From IMG/VR virus record IMGVR_UViG_3300037010_001713: 64,000 nt of DNA. One strand, given 5' to 3'. Positions within the stretch are counted from its first letter, which is position 1. The number at the start of each line of letters is the position of its first letter. The position numbers were made by a program, and so were the translations under genes. The notes under the pieces were generated by a model that was given only the letters and a program-made list of their open reading frames with translations, did not search any database and had not been told where the DNA came from. Below, one piece after another: positions 59,748-64,000 of this stretch. This DNA is from an uncultured virus (IMG/VR IMGVR_UViG_3300037010_001713) (lineage: Duplodnaviria > Heunggongvirae > Uroviricota > Caudoviricetes).

Positions 59748-62700
59748 ATGAATATGGATGAGTTTGAAGAAGAAGATTACGAGGAAGATTTCCTTGACGA
59801 TGAACCCAAGCAAAAGAGTTCTGGAGTTGTAAGCGATTTTTTAACTGGATTGAAAGAATCATTACTCGGTGACGTAAGGGATACTGTTAAGACTGTTGTC
59901 GGCAGTGTGATACCATACGATATTCGGGATGAAATAGACGGCTATACAGAATTATTCACAGCAGCACAAGAGGAGATCGAAGCTAGTCTACTTGAATTTA
60001 GATCAAAAACTAGTAATTCACTTAAACAGCTAGATGGTTTACTACCAGAGAAATTAGACACGGTAATAAACGACGTACAAAAAAAGATAAAAGTAGAAGC
60101 ATCAGAAGATTATAGTTATAGCTCAAGTAGCTCTTCTAGATCCCCAAATGATACCATAGCTGAAGATGTAGCTAACGCTCTCAGTGCAACTATGTCAACG
60201 ACCACAGCTATAACAGAAAATGCCGAGAATAATAGATTCCGATTCACCTCAGGACTAATAAAAAGCTCTAACACAGAACTAACTAAACTGTACCATTTTC
60301 AAACGACCGTAGCGTACTCTTATTATAAGAAATCGCTAGAGTTACAGTATCAGAGTTTATATCTAAGCCGTAACCAATACACCCTACTAGAGAAATCTAT
60401 GGAATCTGTACTTGGTAAACTCAACACGATAGCTGTTTCATCCGCAATGACTGATAGAGATAAAACAGAGCTACAGCTAAAGAAAGAGTTAATTTCTGTT
60501 AGAAAAAATATTTTCAATACGGCAATTGATTTAGATAAGTTCCGTAAAAATATTAAAGATAATCTAAAGAAAAATATTGGTACGTATGCAGATAAATTAA
60601 ACGATTTTACTAGTGGACTATCTAGTTTCCTACCGATGATCATGAATGGTCCAGGCGGTGTTATGGGTACGGCTGGCGGTATAGCTGGTGATATGCTAAA
60701 AGGTTATGCTGGTGAAAAAATATATGGTTATCTAAAAAATAGTAAGATCTCAAAAGAAACCGTAAACAAAATTAAACTAGCTGGTGGAGATATAGCTGGA
60801 ACCTTAAGCCGATACGGTAGAAAGAACGACACGATTCTAGGTAAGGGTGCTGGCTTTCTATCCGATATGATTGGAAAGAATAACGTAGATAATACGGTTA
60901 TAAAGAAAGAAGATATATCAGCTCCAGCCATCTACGACAATAAGACAAGAACAACAATCATTGATGTTATACCTGGGTTACTAACTAAGATATATACTGT
61001 CTTAGAGCAAAATGGTGGAGGTGTAGGTAGAGGTGGAAATGGAGGTGGTAGTGGACCAAGTGGCAGTAACAATAAAAATGGACTACTCACGAAAAATAGT
61101 GATGATGTAGTATACGACTATAAGACTGATAAATTTATAACCAGAGAGACATCAGAGAACGAAGCTAAAAGACAATTGGGTAAAGAGTTGTTTGATGAAC
61201 CATCTAAGTATGTCGACGCTGTGATAGAGCTGTTCGTCGCGTACGGTGGACTCGAAATGTCTGACGTAGACGGCGATCTACTAAGGAGTAGCATACTCAT
61301 ATACGCTGCGTCAGCAAAAGAGTTTCTACCTGAGGATCTCGGAAAAACAGAAATAACTAAGGGACTACCGCGTGATTTAGCCAGTAAGGTTACCGCCGCT
61401 GGTAAGAAACTATTAGCTAAAGCTGTAGACGACACAGATATATTAGACCGAGCCTTTACAGTTATAAAAAGACTAAGAGAATCTTTTAAACATCCAACAG
61501 AAGCCGTTAGTAAAGCTTTGAGAAGCGGTACTGGTATCTTAGATAAATACAAAGCTCTGAATAAAAAAGATATGCGTGATAAATCTGGCAACTTTAAGCG
61601 GAACTTAACAAACACAGATACTAAGGAACTGTTTGAAGAAATACTAGGTAAGGGTCCATTATCGGCAGTGGCCTCGATTAAACCATATGCTAAAGGGAAT
61701 TCTTTAAGAACGGGACCTCTTGGAAATGAATCTAATATAAATCCCGAGGATATACCAACAGATTATAGCAATATGACCTATCGTGAGAGATTCGGAGCCA
61801 TGTACAATAATGCTCGAAAAGCTACGTCCGAGGTAGGAAATGAGATAGCGGACACAATACCGGTGGGTTTGAAAGATTCTAAGTATGCCGAAAAAGCGGC
61901 TAAGGGGTATCGAAAAGTTAAGGGAACTGCGAGCTCAATAGGTAGTAATATAAAAGAAAAATATAACGAGACGAATCTTAGCGACTTAGTAGATAAAAAT
62001 ATAACAGAAGCTAAAAATAGCAAACTCTTTAAAAAAGCTACTGATTTGACTAATCACGTGCTGGATAGTAAAAACGTAAAAGAAGCTTTGGGTCTTCCAG
62101 ATATTAAGAAAATCAAAGGCTTTATCGAAAAGGTAAAAGAGATATATTCAAAAGAGAATAAGATTACTAAAGAGGAAGCCGCCGAGAAAGTATTGTTGCT
62201 AGCCAACAAAATAGGACTTACTGTGCTTAGCGACGAAGAATTAAAATCGTTGACTCTAGAATATAAGAAATCTAATCTAAAAGGTATGCTTAGTTTAGAC
62301 CTGTATCTTTTATCTAAAGGTCGGATTCGTAATAAAGAAAGTATAACCAAGAAAGTCTTGAGCGGGTTTGATAAATACGAATCAGTTAAAACAGTTTTTA
62401 ATAAAGCATACAGTAATGCGGTTAATAAAATCACAGACTTTAAGAATGAAACTGTTAAAAATAACCCTAAGGTCGGTAGTTTTCTAAAACTTTTTGATAA
62501 AAAAGATCCAGTTCCAGAACAACCTAGCGATGAGTTACCTAAGTTTGCTAAGGGTGGGTATACTGGATCCAAAACTAAGGGAAAGGGTAAATCTAAGAAA
62601 AAACGGTTTATCGATAAAACTGGTGAAGAAGTTGCTGGAATCGCCCATAAAGATGAATTCGTTATAAACAGTGCCGATCTAAAAAGACCTGATGTAGCTG

Positions 62701-64000
62701 CGGCAATAAACAGTCTTGATTTAACTTCTGGTAAAGTTCCTACGGATGATCATAATCTACTGATCAAGGGAACCAGGTACATCGATAAGAAAGCTGCTGG
62801 TGCTACTATGACTGGGCTTGGGCTACTTGGAAAACTTGGTTCTAAAGCGGCTTTAAAAGTTGGTGAAAAAGCAGCTACGGCTGTACCGAATTTAGTTGCT
62901 GGCACAGCTAAGTCAGCTGGTCTTGGTTTATTTGACAAAACTATAGGTAGATCTGATAAAATGATGTCTATGCTAGGGCTAACACATGAGGATGTCGAAA
63001 AGCGAGCTGATGGTGTTGTTGGTGGGTTGATGAACTCATTCACAGAGTCACTTGAAGAGCATCGTAGGAAAAGCGAGCATGGAATAATAATTAAATCAAC
63101 TAGAGCCATTGATAAAATGTTAGCGAGCGCATTAATGAACGTTGCGGGTTTTGCTATTAAGTCTACTTTTAAATTAGGTAAAATGGCTATAACTGGAGCC
63201 ATGAAGACCGCTTGGTGGGGCATTAAGAAAATACCTATTATAGGTAGCATAGCAAGCGGAGCTGAATACGTAGCCAAAGGTCTACATAATAAATATGCTG
63301 ACGTTAAAGAATCGGTTAGTGGCAGGTTTACTACATTTAAAGATGGTCTTAAGAAGAAATACACTAAGGACGGTGGAGAAACTGATACCAGCAGTAAGGG
63401 TAATCTCTTCAGTAGAGTCTCGAACTTAATGACAGGTAAAAAACCTGATACTAAAAGTGAGGATCATAAAGAACCTGATGTTAAAAGTAAAGGTGGTCTC
63501 TTCGGTGGACTAGCAAACTTATTAGGGAGTAAAAAATCGGGTCCTGGAGATGAAGACGGAGATGGAAAACGCGACGGTAGTTGGGAGGAGAATATTGGTA
63601 AGAAAGATGGTCTACGTGAATCATTCCTTAGTAAAGTTAAAGATAAGGTAGCTGGAGACGGAGAGAATTCTATTTTTGGTATGTTGAAAAAGTTTTTACC
63701 ATTTGTTGGTGTAATACTTGGAAAAGTCTGGAAAAGCATAACAGGATTACCTAAAGCGTTAATTGGTCTATTCGGTAAACTTGGCAGTGTTGGAGCTAAG
63801 ATAGCTGAGTTCGGTGGTAAGGTTGGTGCCGGAATTGTCGGTGCTGGGAAAGCCGTCTTATCTGGGGCTGGTAAGCTCGTTAGTAAAATAACACCAGCTA
63901 AACTAAAGGCTGCTTTTTCTATTTTGAAAAAACGAATAGGTGTGAAGTTCGCTGAAAAAGAAGCTGCTAGAGCTGTAGAAAAGAAACTAGCTACTAAGTT
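59748..64000 (+). CDS. Giant tail tape-measure-like protein (phiKZ gp181-like), continues past window
   Basis: Not in the ORF track because there is no stop. AAGGAG RBS, ATG 59748, more than 1400 codons. Motifs YYKKSLELQYQ, IIDVIPGLL and PKFAKGGYTG...AGIAHKDEFVI, with G/A/K-rich helical stretches. All seven antisense shadow ORFs fall in one register. Confidence 0.75.
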   Translation, partial: MNMDEFEEEDYEEDFLDDEPKQKSSGVVSDFLTGLKESLLGDVRDTVKTVVGSVIPYDIRDEIDGYTELFTAAQEEIEASLLEFRSKTSNSLKQLDGLLPEKLDTVINDVQKKIKVEASEDYSYSSSSSSRSPNDTIAEDVANALSATMSTTTAITENAENNRFRFTSGLIKSSNTELTKLYHFQTTVAYSYYKKSLELQYQSLYLSRNQYTLLEKSMESVLGKLNTIAVSSAMTDRDKTELQLKKELISVRKNIFNTAIDLDKFRKNIKDNLKKNIGTYADKLNDFTSGLSSFLPMIMNGPGGVMGTAGGIAGDMLKGYAGEKIYGYLKNSKISKETVNKIKLAGGDIAGTLSRYGRKNDTILGKGAGFLSDMIGKNNVDNTVIKKEDISAPAIYDNKTRTTIIDVIPGLLTKIYTVLEQNGGGVGRGGNGGGSGPSGSNNKNGLLTKNSDDVVYDYKTDKFITRETSENEAKRQLGKELFDEPSKYVDAVIELFVAYGGLEMSDVDGDLLRSSILIYAASAKEFLPEDLGKTEITKGLPRDLASKVTAAGKKLLAKAVDDTDILDRAFTVIKRLRESFKHPTEAVSKALRSGTGILDKYKALNKKDMRDKSGNFKRNLTNTDTKELFEEILGKGPLSAVASIKPYAKGNSLRTGPLGNESNINPEDIPTDYSNMTYRERFGAMYNNARKATSEVGNEIADTIPVGLKDSKYAEKAAKGYRKVKGTASSIGSNIKEKYNETNLSDLVDKNITEAKNSKLFKKATDLTNHVLDSKNVKEALGLPDIKKIKGFIEKVKEIYSKENKITKEEAAEKVLLLANKIGLTVLSDEELKSLTLEYKKSNLKGMLSLDLYLLSKGRIRNKESITKKVLSGFDKYESVKTVFNKAYSNAVNKITDFKNETVKNNPKVGSFLKLFDKKDPVPEQPSDELPKFAKGGYTGSKTKGKGKSKKKRFIDKTGEEVAGIAHKDEFVINSADLKRPDVAAAINSLDLTSGKVPTDDHNLLIKGTRYIDKKAAGATMTGLGLLGKLGSKAALKVGEKAATAVPNLVAGTAKSAGLGLFDKTIGRSDKMMSMLGLTHEDVEKRADGVVGGLMNSFTESLEEHRRKSEHGIIIKSTRAIDKMLASALMNVAGFAIKSTFKLGKMAITGAMKTAWWGIKKIPIIGSIASGAEYVAKGLHNKYADVKESVSGRFTTFKDGLKKKYTKDGGETDTSSKGNLFSRVSNLMTGKKPDTKSEDHKEPDVKSKGGLFGGLANLLGSKKSGPGDEDGDGKRDGSWEENIGKKDGLRESFLSKVKDKVAGDGENSIFGMLKKFLPFVGVILGKVWKSITGLPKALIGLFGKLGSVGAKIAEFGGKVGAGIVGAGKAVLSGAGKLVSKITPAKLKAAFSILKKRIGVKFAEKEAARAVEKKLATK

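Noticed and set aside
60350..63739. Seven minus-strand ORFs
   Set aside because: Same-register shadows of the plus-strand tape-measure-like gene.
1..64000. tRNA genes, introns/inteins, stop-codon recoding
   Set aside because: None recognised by eye. Genes are densely packed and full length in the standard code, with all three stops used. tRNAscan and Infernal were not run.

Overview
This is a 64-kb, AT-rich segment of a phiKZ-like jumbo phage (probably Chimalliviridae) read in the standard genetic code. Family assignments come from motif recognition and gene order, not database searches. The core genes include an SbcC/Rad50 ATPase (cut by the left edge), an SbcD nuclease, two SF2 helicases, RecJ, a probable portal, a prohead protease and inner-head proteins. 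There are also tail/baseplate proteins, a gp68/gp69/gp70-like block and a >1400-aa tape-measure-like gene running off the right edge. Inserted between core genes are accessory cassettes driven by one repeated promoter motif (T-tract + AATTACATAG, 13 copies) and closed by long hairpins. The main feature is nine paralogous internalin-type leucine-rich-repeat (LRR) genes with about 110 22-aa repeats and no signal peptide. They have variable concave-face residues, palindromic repeat DNA and identical patches shared between distant paralogs. One LRR gene sits in a 'filled' copy of a site that is 'empty' 4.2 kb away. A second, four-member unknown paralog family shares the same promoter. Together this suggests a diversifying, probably early-expressed repertoire of protein binders in a phage; that function is inferred.
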